Shown: piece by piece, positions 1 through 11,749 of the stretch
Numbering within the stretch: the stretch's first letter is position 1
Layout of the letters: every line of letters starts with the position of its first letter
NCBI RefSeq assembly: GCF_035084215.1
Contig: NC_090328.1
Location: forward strand, 6,076,001 to 6,140,000
Direction of reading: 5' to 3'
Origin: Heptranchias perlo
Lineage: Eukaryota
DNA: 64,000 bases
Program-made: the position numbers and the translations under genes
Notes under the pieces: model-generated
Database searches by the model: none
What the model saw: only the letters and a program-made list of their open reading frames with translations
Told to the model about the DNA's origin: nothing

Positions 1-370
1 CTTTTCTTCAACCTCCAGACAGTGAAACCAATCAAAACAAGGAGGATGAATAAAATGGCGGACCCAATGTACAGAGAGATCGTCAACATGTCCCTCTCAG
101 TGGCCCATAAGTGGATCTGACGGACGTCCCTCCCGTGCTCATTTACAGCCACACATCTGTAGTTCCCTCTCAGCGTTGGGTTAAGAATCTCTCCGACAGT
201 TTGATGTTTTTCCAGGAGTTGTGTGACTGTCGTGCTGTTCCCGGGCAGTGCGCTGTTTTCAGGGTCGATCCATGTGATGTTTGCAGGTGGCTCCCCTTCG
301 ACCTTACACACGATGGTGTCTCCGGTTATGTTATCGGTCACGACAGACAGCTCCAGGATGGTGGCTGGGG
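1..370 (-). CDS. Gene A exon 5: C2-set Ig domain plus transmembrane helix in one exon (runs to the window edge)
   Basis: Hand translation after cccaag|CC gives (A)PATILELSVVTDNITGDTIVCKVEGEPPANITWIDPENSALPGNSTTVTQLLEKHQTVGEILNPTLRGNYRCVAVNEHGRDVRQIHLWATERDMLTISLYIGSAILFILLVLIGFTVWRLKK. CxxEGEPP..W..YxCxAxNxxG resembles the Siglec-15 C2 domain. Absent from the ORF track. Confidence 0.9.
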
Positions 371-923
371 CTTGGGGAAGAAAGAGACAGTGAGTTAACT
401 CAATCTAATTAATCTTTATTTGTTGGTCCGTTGCGATGAAATCCGTTACGTAGAGCTGAGAGACACGTGAGCATAGAGGGGTGACGCCCAACAGGAGGAG
501 ATTGGATTGAAATATTCCGTGAGGGAACGGACTGGCTCCTGATCGAAAGGGACGCAGGTTTGATGTTAATGGAGGAGGCGGATGGAAGTTGACCTGAGTG
601 AGTCTGTGGATCTTAACAATGCAGCGACTTCGAAACTGAACAGCCTCCTAAACCTCCGCTATGGCGGCAGGAAACGCACGCTCATTACGAGGCAGAAGTG
701 CGCCGCCATACAGATTGGAAAAGGCAACAAAAATCACGGTGCAGTGACCCACAGAGGGAAATAGCCTGAGTGAGTCTGAGGAGCCCAGGTTCATCAATTG
801 GAATTACAGTGTTTCAGGCCTATCTCAAGTTCTCAGCTCCTCACTGGGAGTGAATTTGCTCTTATGTTTGTTCAACATCTTTTTATCGTTTTCCCAACAT
901 CACTGACGTATATGTTTCCTTAC

Positions 924-1283
924 CGACAACCTGTAGCCTCATCTCATCCTGAGTCACGTTTTCCCCATCTCCATTCTTGACGTGTACGTGACAGAAATAC
1001 TTGCTGGTGTCGTTCAGCCCCAGGTCCCTCATCCTTATGGAGGCGTCTCCTTGGGTTGGGTCTCCGATCAGCTGATATCGCTCTCCTTTATTTACAGTAA
1101 CTGAGTCAGAACCATCCCTGAGGGAACGAGTTTGACTAAAAACAACCGACTCTTTCCATGGATTCTCCTTCATCCAGAGGACAGTGATGTTGCTCGGATA
1201 CTGGTCAGGGGGACTGAAGGTGCAGGGCAGTGCGGCAGAATCTCCCTTGTTCACAGTCACTCGCCAGATATTGTTCCTATCAG
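924..1283 (-). CDS. Gene A exon 4: V2 copy a (near-identical duplicate of 2753-3112)
   Basis: Same splice sites and length as 2753-3112, offset 1829 bp. I count 3 substitutions (R/Q, A/T, one silent). Confidence 0.87.
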
Positions 1284-1799
1284 CTGAGATAGAGAAGGGT
1301 TTCAAAGAATGTATATTATTCAGTCTCACAGTGTATTAAACACAGTTTATACGACATGTATGAAGACCAAAGCCATTGTCTTCGGCCCCCACCGCAAACT
1401 CCATTCACCCCGGCCACCAACACCAACCCCCTCCCTGGCCACGGTCTGAGTCTGAACCAGACCGTTCGTAACCTTGGCGTCCTATTTGACCCTGAGATCA
1501 GCTTACGACCACATGTCCACTCCATCACCAAGACCGCCTACTTCCCCCTCCGTAACATCGCCCGTCTCCGCCCCTGCCTCAGCTCATCTGCTGCTGAAAC
1601 CCACATCCACGTCTTTGCTGTGACACCGTACCAGTAATAATATTGTAAACAGGGACACTTCCAGGTTCCTGTGGATCTATCAAGATACAAAAACATAAGG
1701 TAGTATGGAATAAGAATTCTTTTTAATGGAGAAACATAGGTGAAAGGACCATAGTACAGGACCCCATCAAGGCCAAAAACTACAGCAGAAAATTGGGTA

Positions 1800-2240
1800 A
1801 ATTATAGAATCATAGAAAGGTTACAGCACGGAAGGAGGCCATTCGCCCATTGAGTGCGCAATGCAAGAGCAGTCCAGCCAGTCCCACTCCCCCTCCCTAT
1901 CCCTGTAGCACTGCAATTTTTTTCCTTTCAAGTACTTATCCAGTTCCCTTTTGAAGTCCATGATTGAATCTGCCTCCACCACCCCCTCAGGCAGTGCATT
2001 CCAGATCCTGACCACTCGCTGTGTAAAAAAGATTTTCCTCAAATCATCTTTGGTTCTTTGCCAATCACCTTAAATCTATGTCCTCTGGTTCTTGACTCTT
2101 CCACCAATGGGAACAGTTTCTCTCTATCTACTCTGTCTAGACCCTTCATGGTTTTAAATCCCTTGATCAAATCTCCTCTCAATCTTCTCTGTTCCAAGGA
2201 GAACAACCCCAGCTTCTCCACTCTATCCATGTAACTGAAG
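1800..2240 (-). mobile_element. CR1 3' fragment in the spacer between the duplicated segments
   Basis: LFSLEQRRLRGDLI..FFTQRVVRIWNALP. Confidence 0.9.
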
Positions 2241-2752
2241 GAGTTTATTTGTTGGTCCGTTGCGATGAAATCCGTTACGTAGAGCTGAGAGACACGTGAG
2301 CATAGAGGGGTGACGCCCAACAGGAGGAGATTGGATTGAAATATTCCGTGAGGGAACGGACTGGCTCCTGATCGAAAGGGACGCAGGTTTGACGTTAATG
2401 GAGGAGGCGGATGGAAGTTGACCTGAGTGAGTCTGTGGATCTTAACAATGCAGCGACTTCGAAACTGAACAGCCTCCTAAACCTCCGCTATGGCGGCAGG
2501 AAACGCACGCTCATTACGAGGCAGAAGTGCGCCGCCATACAGATTGGAAAAGGCAACAAAAATCACGGTGCAGTGACCCACAGAGGGAAATAGCCTGAGT
2601 GAGTCTGCGGAGCCCAGGTTCATCAATTGGAATTACAGTGTTTCAGGCCTATCTCAAGTTCTCAGCTCCTCACTGGGAGTGAATTTGCTCTTATGTTTGT
2701 TCAACATCTTTTTATCGTTTTCCCAACATCACTGACGTATATGTTTCCTTAC

Positions 2753-3112
2753 CGACAACCTGTAGCCTCATCTCATCCTGAGTCACGTTTTCCCCATCTC
2801 CATTCTTGACGTGTACGTGACAGAAATACTTGCTGGTGTCGTTCAGCCCCAGGTCCCTCATCCTTATGGAGGCGTCTCCTTGGGTTGGGTCTCCGATCAG
2901 CTGATATCGCTCTCCTTTATTTACAGTAACTGAGTCAGAACCATCCCTGAGGGAACGAGTTTGACTAAAAACAACCGACTCTTTCCATGGATTCTCCTTC
3001 ATCCAGAGGACAGTGATGTTACTCGGATACTGGTCAGGGGGACTGAAGGTGCAGGGCAGTGTGGCAGAATCTCCCTTGTTCACAGTCACTTGCCAGATAT
3101 TGTTCCTATCAG
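2753..3112 (-). CDS. Gene A exon 3: second V-set domain (V2 copy b, His replaces Arg)
   Basis: ctcag|CT acceptor, G|GTAAGG donor, 360 bp, phase 1-1. LPCTF..W..DASI..DTSKYFCHV..LQVV. Confidence 0.87.
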
Positions 3113-3364
3113 CTGAGATAGAGAAGGGTTTCAAAGAATGTATATTATTCAGTAGCGCAGTGTATTAAACACAGTTTATACGACATGTATGAAGACCAAA
3201 GCCATTGTCTTCGGCCCCCACCGCAAACTCCGTTCACCCCGGCCACCAACACCAACCCCCTCCCTGGCCACGGTCTGAGTCTGAACCAGACCGTTCACAA
3301 CCTTGGCTTCCTATTTGACCCTGAGATGAGCTTCCGACCCCATATCTGCTCCATCACCAAAACT

Positions 3365-5480
3365 TGAGCTCAGGTGGGGACAGGCTGCATAAACTTGGCT
3401 GCATTGCCTTGGGTCGAGGAGATTGAGGAGTAACCTGATCAAGGTGTTTAAAATATTAAAGGGATTCGATAGGGTCGGTATGTCTGAGGTACTGAGTGAA
3501 CACTTTGCATCGGTCTTCACTCGAGAAGAGGATGCTGCCATTGTAGCAGTAAAGGGGGAGGTAGTAGTGATATTGGATAGGATAAAAATAGACAAAGAGG
3601 AGGTACTTAAAGGGTTGGCAGTACTCAAAGTAGAAAAGTCGCCCGGTCCAGATGGGATACATCCTCGGTTACTGAGGGAGGAAAGGGTGGAAATTGCGGA
3701 GGCTCTGGCCACAATCTTCCAATCCTCCTTAGATATGGAGACAGTGCCAGAGGACTGGAGGATTGTAAATTTACGCCTCTGTTCAAAAAAGGGGAGAGGG
3801 ATAACCCCGGCAATTACAGGCCAGTCAGCATAACGTCGGTGGTGGGGAAACTTTTAGAGACAATAATGCAGGACACAATTATTCGGCACTTGGAAAAGCA
3901 TGGGCTAATAAATAAAAGTCAGCACTGATTTGTTAAAGGAAAATCATGTTTGACTAAGTTGATTGAATTCTGTGATGAAGTAACAGAGAGGGTTGATGAG
4001 GGTAGTGTGGTTGATGTTATGTATTTGGACTCTCAAAAGGCATTTGATAAAGTACCACATAATAGACTTGCTAACAAAATTAAAGCCCATGGGATTAAAG
4101 GGACAGTGGCAGTGTGGATACAAAATTGGCTAAGGGACGGAACGCAGAGAGTAGTGGTGGACGGTTATTTTTCAGACTGGAGGATGTTCCCCAGGGGTCA
4201 GTATTAGGACCATTGCTCTTTTTGATATATATTAATGACCTGGACTTGGGTATAAAGGGCATAATTTCAAAGTTTGCAGATGACACGAAACTCGGAAATG
4301 GAGTAAACAATGTGGCAGATAGTAACAGACTTCAGGAGGACATGGACAGATTGGTGAAATGGGCAGACACATGGCAGATGAAATTTAATGTAGAGAAGTC
4401 TGAAGTGATACATTTTGGTAGGAAGAATGAGGAGAGGCAATATAAACTAAAGGGTACAATTTTAAAGGGGGTGCAGGAACAGAGAGACCTGGGGGTGTAG
4501 GTACACAAATCTTTGAAGGTGGCAGGACAAGTTGAGAAGGCTGTTAAAAAAGCAAATGGCATTCTGGGCTTTATTAATAGAGGCATTGAGTACAAAAGCA
4601 AGGAAGTTATGCTAAACTTTTATAAAACACTGGTTAGACCTCAACTGGAATATTGGGCCCAATTCTAGACACCACACTTTCGGAAAGGCCTTAGAGTGGG
4701 AGCAGAAGAGATTTACTAGAATGGTTCCAGGGATGAGGGACTTCAGTTACTTGGAGAGACTGCAGAAGCTGGGGTTGTTCTCCGTAGAACAGAGAAGGTT
4801 AAGGGGAGATTTGATAGAGGTGTTCAAAATCATGAACGGTTTTGATAGAGTAAATAAAGAGAAACTGTTTCCAGTGGCAGAAGGGTCAGTAACCAGAGGA
4901 ACAGATTTAAGGTGATCGGCAAAAGAGCCAGAGGCAACAAGAGGAAACATTTTTTTCACTCAACGAGTTATGATCTGGAATGCACTGCCTGAAAGGGCAA
5001 TGGAAGCAGATTCCAGAATAATTTTCAAAAGTGAATTGGATAAATACTTGAAGGGAAAACAAAGACAGGGCTATGGGGAAAGAGCAGGGGAATAGCAGGG
5101 GATAGCTTTTTCAAAGAGCCAGTACAGGCACGATGGGCTGAATGGCCTCCTCCTGTGCTGTACCTACTATGATACAATGATTCTATGAAATAGAGAAACG
5201 ATTTCCTCTGGTTGTGGAATCCAGAAGAAGGGGGAGTAATCTTAAAATGAGAGCCAGGACGTTCAGGAATGAAATCAGGAAGCACTTTTTCACACAAAGG
5301 TTGGTGGAAATTTGGAATTCTCTCCCCGAAAAGGCTGAGGATCAATTGGAGCTTTCAAGGCTGAGATAGGTCGATTTTTTATTGGGTCAGGTTATTAAGG
5401 GATGTGGAGCGATGGGTAAATGGAGCTGAGGTCCAGATCAGCAATGATCTGATTGAATGGCGGAGCAGGAACGAGACTCC
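3365..5480 (+). mobile_element. Degraded CR1 ORF2 (RT) plus further 3' fragments
   Basis: [28 protein letters not shown] and KFADD motifs with frameshifts. Confidence 0.92.
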
Positions 5481-5685
5481 TCCTGTTTGTAATATTCCCA
5501 ATCTCGTGCTCATCACTGCGTGTGGAGGGAATTTTCTTTGATGTGCGTAACTCGAGGTGGAGACACAACGAATTCAAGTCTCCACCAAAATCAGTCCCGA
5601 TAACACTGTGGCTGCACCAGAAACACAGTGGATTTTCAGGGCCAGCGTCTCCAACGATGCAGTGTTGCAAATGAGTAAACGGACG

Positions 5686-6102
5686 GTACGGTAGTGTAGT
5701 GGTTATGTTACTGGATTAGTAATCCAGCTGATCGTGAGTTCTTATCCCACCATGGCAGTTTGAGAATTTGAATTTGAATTCAGTTTTAAAAAGCTGGTAT
5801 TGATAAAAGTGACCATGAAGATGTCAGATTGTCATTAAAAAAAATCAACTGGTTCACTCATGTCCTTTAGGGAAGGAAACCTGCCGTCCTTACCCGCTCT
5901 GGCCGAAATGTGACTCCAGTCTTGTACCAAAGTGGTTGTCACATAAGTGCCCTATGAAGTGGTCCAGCAAACCACTCAGTTGTATCAAACTGCTACCAGT
6001 GGTTCAAGAAGAAGGCCCACCACCACCTTCTCAAGGGCAACGAGGGATGGGCAATAAATGCCGGCCTTGCCAGCGATGCCCACATCCCGAGAATGAATAA
6101 AA
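5686..6102 (+). mobile_element. tRNA-head SINE (MetaSINE/SlmI-like) sharing its 3' tail with the LINE at 9811-10978
   Basis: GTAGTGTAGTGGTT head, CTGGTTCACT..TGTCCTTTAGGGAAGGAAACCTGCCGTCCTTACC core, GGTTCAAGAAG..GGGCAATAAATGCCGGCC tail. Fragments near 14130, 18200, 39795 and 45025. Confidence 0.7.
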
Positions 6103-6392
6103 CAAAGGCAAGCACTGTTTCTGTGTGAGACCTTTCTTTAGATTGCCTAATCTCACTCATTAATAATTGAACTATTCACTTTATTATTCACAGTACACCA
6201 GTCCCACACCAACCTGGCTGACTCCGAACTGCCCTCTGAAGTAGCCTCGAGCGCCACCTTCTCAGCGATGGGACCATAAATGCCTGCCTTCCCAGCAATG
6301 TCCACATCCTCAGGATGAATTAAATAAGACACCCGATTGTGATCGAATCATTTTACAGCACATCCTTATTTCTAGTTTGAATTATTCCTTAC

Positions 6393-6785
6393 CCGTTATC
6401 TTGAGAACTCCGTGAATGAGTTGAAATTTTCCTTTCTCTTTTTCCTTGAAATCCACACGACAATTGTATCTCTCTTCTGTGTCCACTTTCCTCAGTGATT
6501 GGATCATTATGGAAGCATCGTTCTCCCTCGGGTTCCCCATCAGTCTGTAGCGCTCGCCTACATTCTGGTGGATCAGATTCTCAGACCCACTGCTCTGCCG
6601 CTTTCGTGATGGATAATTTGTGTAACTAAAAACCACTTCTGCCATATTTCTCCTCCATGTGACGGTGATGTTGCCTTTATATCCAGGGTAAGGGTGAGTG
6701 AACTTGCAGAACAGAACAGTAGACTTCCGTTCCCTCCCCGTCACCCTATCTGGGGTCTCCATGGACCAACCATTCTTGTTCAAAC
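6393..6785 (-). CDS. Gene A exon 2: Siglec-15-like V-set Ig domain (V1, Arg retained)
   Basis: cacag|GT acceptor, G|GTAAGG donor, 393 bp, phase 1-1. GWSM..VLFCKFTHPY..W..RYRLMGNPRENDASI..YNCRVDF matches the Siglec-15 V pattern (WSM, CxFTHP, GNPRxND, YFCRVEF). Confidence 0.9.
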
Positions 6786-6944
6786 CTGTGAGCACACATA
6801 GATGTCATGTTAACACTTAACTGAGCACAATAGTCAGAAATTTCACGGGGGAAACCACAATGCACCCTGAGATTTCTCACATTCTAATGTCTTTCTGAAA
6901 CCGTGTTGAATTATGAGCAGTTGTGTGTGCTGTGTGTCCACATT

Positions 6945-7525
6945 GTTAAACTTGTACAGAACCTTGGTTATTCCACACTCGGAGTATTGTGCACAGTTCT
7001 GGTCCCCATATTATGGAAAGGATGTCGAGGCACTGGAGAAGGTCCAGAGAAGATTCACCAGGATGATACCGGAACTGAGAGGATATACTTATCAGGAAAG
7101 GCTGAACAGGTTGGGGCACTTTTCTCTAGAAAAGAGAAGGCTGAGGGGTGACCTGATAGAGGTCTTTAAGTTGATGATAGGGTTTGGTGGTGTAGACATA
7201 GAGAAAGTGTTTCCACTTTGTAGAGGAGTGCAAAACAAGAGGTCGTGGATATAGAATAGTCACTAGTGAATCCAGTGGGGAATTCAGGAAAAATTTCTTT
7301 GCCCAAGGAGTGGTAAGAGTGTGGAACACGCTACCACGGGGAATGGTTGGGGCATATATGCATTTGAGGGAAGGCTGGATAGGCACATGAGGGAGAAAGG
7401 AATAGAAGGGTAACCTGATAGGGTCAGATGAAGTAGGGAGGGAAGAGGCTCGTGTGGAGCATAAACGCCCTGCATAGACCAGTGGGGCCGAATGGCCTGT
7501 TTCTGTGGTGTAGTTTCGATGTAAC
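6945..7525 (+). mobile_element. CR1 3' fragment
   Basis: EYCAQFWSP..LEKRRLRGDLIEVFK. Confidence 0.9.
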
Positions 7526-8144
7526 TCAACAGAAAGTGAGCTGGAGTTCCTCAAACCTATTCCACAGAGAAAAGAAAGAGAATGGGAGAGGCCTACAGCA
7601 CAGGAAGTCATTTCACACCTCATGTCTAAGCCTGCTGCTTCCTTCAGAGATATTTATCCCATCAGTGTGTTTTTTAAATAAAAGAAAGAACTTGTATTTA
7701 TATAGCGTCATTCACAACCTCAGGACGACCCAAAGTGCTTTACAACCAATGAAGTACTTTTGATGTGTCGTCATTGTTGTAATATAGGGAAATGCAGCAG
7801 CCAATCTGCACACAGCAAGGTCCAGAAATAGCGATGAAATAACCGGCCATATCATCTGTTTTGGGTCTTGGTTGAGGGATAAATGTCCTGCCTGTCCCAG
7901 CTCGTCGAAATATCTATTGAATTTTTTCCACTCCTCTGCTCGTTCCCAAAGCCCACAAGAAAGAAAAAAAGAAAGAATTTGCATTTATATATTTGCACTT
8001 TTCATGACCTCAGAGCTTCCCAAAGCGCTTTACAGTGACCCTATCAACTCCTTTAATCAACTCTTACCCTTATATACTCAACGTAACACAAGCCTGGTCC
8101 ATGCAATCTGTCCTCAAAATGTAACCACTTCAGTCCTGTTATCA

Positions 8145-8258
<114 letters not shown>

Positions 8259-8527
8259 TTACTGTATCTCAAAATGTTCTTATTTGGGATACATGCAAAT
8301 CTAAAAAGATAATTAAAGCACACACACACAAACATAAAAACACACACATGCATAAGTATAAAAGTTGTTTTTGCCATTGCGGGGAGACACTTGGTTCTAT
8401 TGTACAAAGTAACTGATCCTTCTCCTTTTCTACTGACATCCAGCCCTTCTCTGCTCAGTTAATTATTTTACTAAAACAGTATTACAGTAAGAAATTGGAT
8501 TCCTGTTTCTGATTGGAGAATACGTAC

Positions 8528-8576
8528 GTTCTGCCGAGAGGGACATTGCGAGCGCACAAAACAAAATGCACAGCAT
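8528..8576 (-). CDS. Gene A exon 1: signal peptide (MLCILFCALAMSLSAE + 1 nt)
   Basis: ATG at 8576 is the first in-frame ATG after an upstream TAG. 16 codons of hydrophobic leader, then a phase-1 donor C|GTACGT that joins in frame to the V exon at 6785. Not in the ORF track (too short). Confidence 0.85.
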
Positions 8577-8669
8577 CCTCTTCACTCCTTCAGCGCAGAG
8601 ATCTCTCTAATGGCTGACTGCTGACAATATTCAACTCAGATGGCATCTCACTATTTCCTTAATGTTCTT

Positions 8670-8745
8670 CTTAAATTTGTGGTTGATAAAAAAACTGCGA
8701 TATTTCGCAAGGCTGCCGACCAGCTTCAGATGAGGAAGTGCCTTT
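8670..8745. promoter_or_regulatory. Putative gene A proximal promoter motif cluster (RUNX, GATA, C/EBP-like, PU.1/ETS)
   Basis: TGTGGTT 8678-8684, TGATAA 8684-8689, TTTCGCAA 8703-8710, GAGGAAGTG 8732-8740. All lie 100-165 bp upstream of the leader ATG in non-repeat DNA. Confidence 0.5.
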
Positions 8746-8964
8746 TGGCACATTTGATCTCACCCACCATGTACAGAGCAACGAAGACACCAAGCAAAAC
8801 TGAGCAGCTCCAAACCAAGCGTCAGACAAAGTTCCCTCTCCGGACAGCTCACTGAATGCATGGTGTGTGACAGCAGTAAATACGGGCTAATAGGATCGTG
8901 GGTCACATAGTGAATGGGATTGAGAACAAATCACAGGATACGATACTGAGCCTACAAAGCCCTT

Positions 8965-9410
8965 GGCTCAGTGGGTTGCACTCTCACCTCTGAGTCAGAA
9001 GGTCATTGGGGTCAAGTCCCACTCCAGAGACTTAAGCACATAACCCAGGCTGACACTCCAGTGCTGTACTGAGGGAGTGCTGCACTGTCAGAGGCGCCAT
9101 ATTTCCGATGAGATGTTATCCGAGGCCCCGCCTGCCCTCTCAGGTGGACGTAAAAGATCGCATGGCACTATTTGAAGAGGAGCAGGGGAGTTCTCCCCGG
9201 TGTCCTGACCAACATTTATCCCTCAACCAACATCACTAAAAACAGATGACCTGGTCATTTATTTCATTTCACTGGGAGCTTGCTGCACAAATTGCCTGTT
9301 GTGTTTCCCTCCATTAATACACTTCAAAATTATTTAATTGGCTGTAAAATGCCTTTTGGACACCCTGAGGCCGTGAAAGGCACGATAGAAATGCAGGTTT
9401 GTTCTTTCTT
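8965..9410 (+). mobile_element. tRNA-head Deu-domain SINE (SacSINE1/AmnSINE-like); further copies near 7680, 21655, 27875, 30165, 31080, 45760, 50085, 51440, 52960, 58510, 63455
   Basis: GGCTCAGTGGG..GTTCAAGTCCC A/B-box head, central TCAGGTGGACGTAAAAGATCCCATGGCACTATTT, 3' tail shared with the L2 fragments. Family name is from recollection. Confidence 0.75.
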
Positions 9411-9810
9411 TCAATGAGGGTATTTAGAGTTTCAGCAATTAAAAGCCTTAATGACACAAAAATGTAATTACAAACGGCCCTGAAGGAAAGGTCTCATCTC
9501 ACATTTTTATCCCAGAGTGTCCAATCCCTCGTGATCGAGGGCAGATGACGGCAGTAAGATCAGTGCTGTGCAGTTACATCAGCTGATGGGATTGATGCTC
9601 AGATCAATGCTGAATTCTTTGTGACAGGGTCACTAGAAGACAGACACATTCAATGGGCACAACTCTCCGGTGAGTTCTCTCCGTGTCTAGATACCAATCT
9701 GTAGTTTGGCAGCTCAAACCTTTTAAAGTTTACAGTAAATAAAATCCATATCTTGCCAACCCATCACTAAGCTTGCTCTGCCCTCACTCACTCCGAGTCT
9801 GTGAAGGATA

Positions 9811-10978
9811 GTGGCAGTGATGGAAGTTGTCATCAACAGTGCTATCAAGGGGCACTTACTCACCAATAACCTGCTCACCGATGTTCAGTTTGGGTTCTGC
9901 CAGGACCACTCGGCTCCAGACATCATTACAGCCTTGGTCCAAACATGGACAAAAGAGCTGAATTCCAGAGGTGAGGTGAGAGTGACTGCCCTTGACATCA
10001 AGGCAGCATTTGACCGAGAGTGGCACCAAGGAGCCAGAGTAAAATTGAAGTCAATGGGGATCAGGGGGAAAACTCTCCAGTGGCTGGAGTCATACCTAGC
10101 ACAAAGGAAGATGGTAGTGGTTGTTGGAGGCCAATCATCTCAGCCCCAGGGCATTGCTGCAGGAGTTCCTCAGGGCAGTGCCCTCGGCCCAACCATCTTC
10201 AGCTGCTTCATCAATGACCTTCCCTCCATCATAAGGTCAGAAATGGGGATGTTCGCTGATGATCACACAGTATTCAGTTCCATTCGCAACTCCACAAATA
10301 ATGAAGCAGTCCGAGCCCGCATGCAGCAAGACCTGGACAACATCCAGGCTTGGGCTCGTAAGTGGCAAGAAACATTCGCGTCAGACAAGTGCCAGGCAAT
10401 GACCATCTCCAACAAGAGAGAGTCTAACCACCTCCCCTTGACATTCAACGGCATTACCATCGCCGAATCCCCCACCATCAACATTCTGGGAGTCACCTTT
10501 GACCAACAACACTCAAGAAGCTCGACACCATCCAAGATAAAGCAGCCGCTTGATTGGCACCCCATCCACCACCCTAAACATTCACTCCCTTCACCACCGG
10601 CGCACTGTGGCTGCAGTGTGTACCATCCACAGGATGCACTGCAGCAACTCGCCAAGGCTTCTTCGACAGCACCTCCCAAACCCGCGACCTCTACCACCTA
10701 GAAGGACAAGGGCAGCAGGCACATGGGAACAACACCACCTGCACGTTCCCCTCCAAGTCACACACCATCCCGACTTGGAAAAATATCGCCGTTCCTTCAT
10801 CGTCGCTGGGTCAAAATCCTGGAATTCGCTTCCTAACAGCACAGTGGGAGAACCTTCACCACACGGACTGCAGCGGTTCAAGAAGGCGGCTCACCAACAC
10901 CTTATCAATGGCAATTAGGGATGGGCAATAAATGCCGGCCTCGCCAGCGACGCCCACATCCCATGAACAAATAAAAAA
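9811..10978 (+). mobile_element. Second LINE family (CR1-group, possibly Zenon-like), RT and 3' end
   Basis: ALDIKAAFDR, GVPQGSALGP, MFADD. 3' end TGGGCAATAAATGCCGGCC..CCCACATCCC plus A-rich tail. Clade assignment is from memory. Confidence 0.85.
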
Positions 10979-11749
10979 ACCACAAATGCCCCTCTTGTGA
11001 TATTTGCCTTATTTCTCTCTATTAGGAACATAGGAACAGGAGTAGGCCATTCAGCCCCTCGAGCATGTTCCGCCATTCAATGAGATCATGGCTGATCTGT
11101 ATCCTAACTCCACCCACCCACCTTGGCTCCATGTCTCTTAAACCCTCGTCAAACATTTTTTACACACTTTATCTTCTCACATACATCATGTGTATACTGA
11201 TATTAACACGATTGTGACTTTTCAGTACATCTCTGAGTTGTGCTTACAATTCAATTTAATGGGAACTCTTGTAAAATTGGGTCCTTTACCCTTATTCAGC
11301 CACAGAAATGCGACCACAGCAGGTCCGAAGTTGGGTATTCTGTGGCGAGTGGTTCACCCCCTGACTCCCCAAAGACTCTCCACCACCTACAAGGCACAAG
11401 TCAGGAGTGTGATGGAATACTCTCCACTTGCCTCGATGGGGGCAGCTCCTACAACACTCAACAAGATCAACCCCTTCCAGGACAAAGCAGCCCGGTCGAT
11501 CGGCACCCCATCCACCACCTTGAACATCCACTCCCTCCGCCACCGGCCCACCGTGGCTGCAGATGTCACTGTCTCTGCCACTTTAAGACTCCCTCCAATG
11601 CCTAAACACAAGAAGACTGTAGGCATGTGTCCAGCACCCCTTGCCATTGAGAGGGAAAGGCTTGTGGAAGCTGGTCCCTGAGATGAGAGGCACCTCAGGC
11701 CTCTAAGGCTCCAGGGGGATCTTCACAGCCACCCACTGCTCAATTTCAT

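Larger units (their letters stand above)
415..3360. repeat. Direct duplication of a ~1.1-kb exon-containing segment (415-~1531 and 2244-~3360)
   Basis: Constant 1829-bp offset, about 99% identical over the first ~1050 bp. Explains the duplicated ORFs in the track. Confidence 0.97.

Noticed and set aside
111-980. Plus-strand ORFs 111-398, 582-764, 798-980 and their duplicates
   Set aside because: Antisense shadows of the real exons or intronic sequence, with no recognisable motifs.
924-6785. V exons as rearranging Ig/TCR/NAR V segments
   Set aside because: Each exon encodes its own G strand and ends in a GT donor. No heptamer-nonamer RSS is evident at the 3' ends.
7525-7560. Possible mini-exon between leader and V1 of gene A
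   Set aside because: An acceptor-like tract is present but there is no convincing phase-1 donor before CR1 sequence.
8965-9030. tRNA genes
   Set aside because: The A/B-box segments are SINE heads continuous with SINE bodies.
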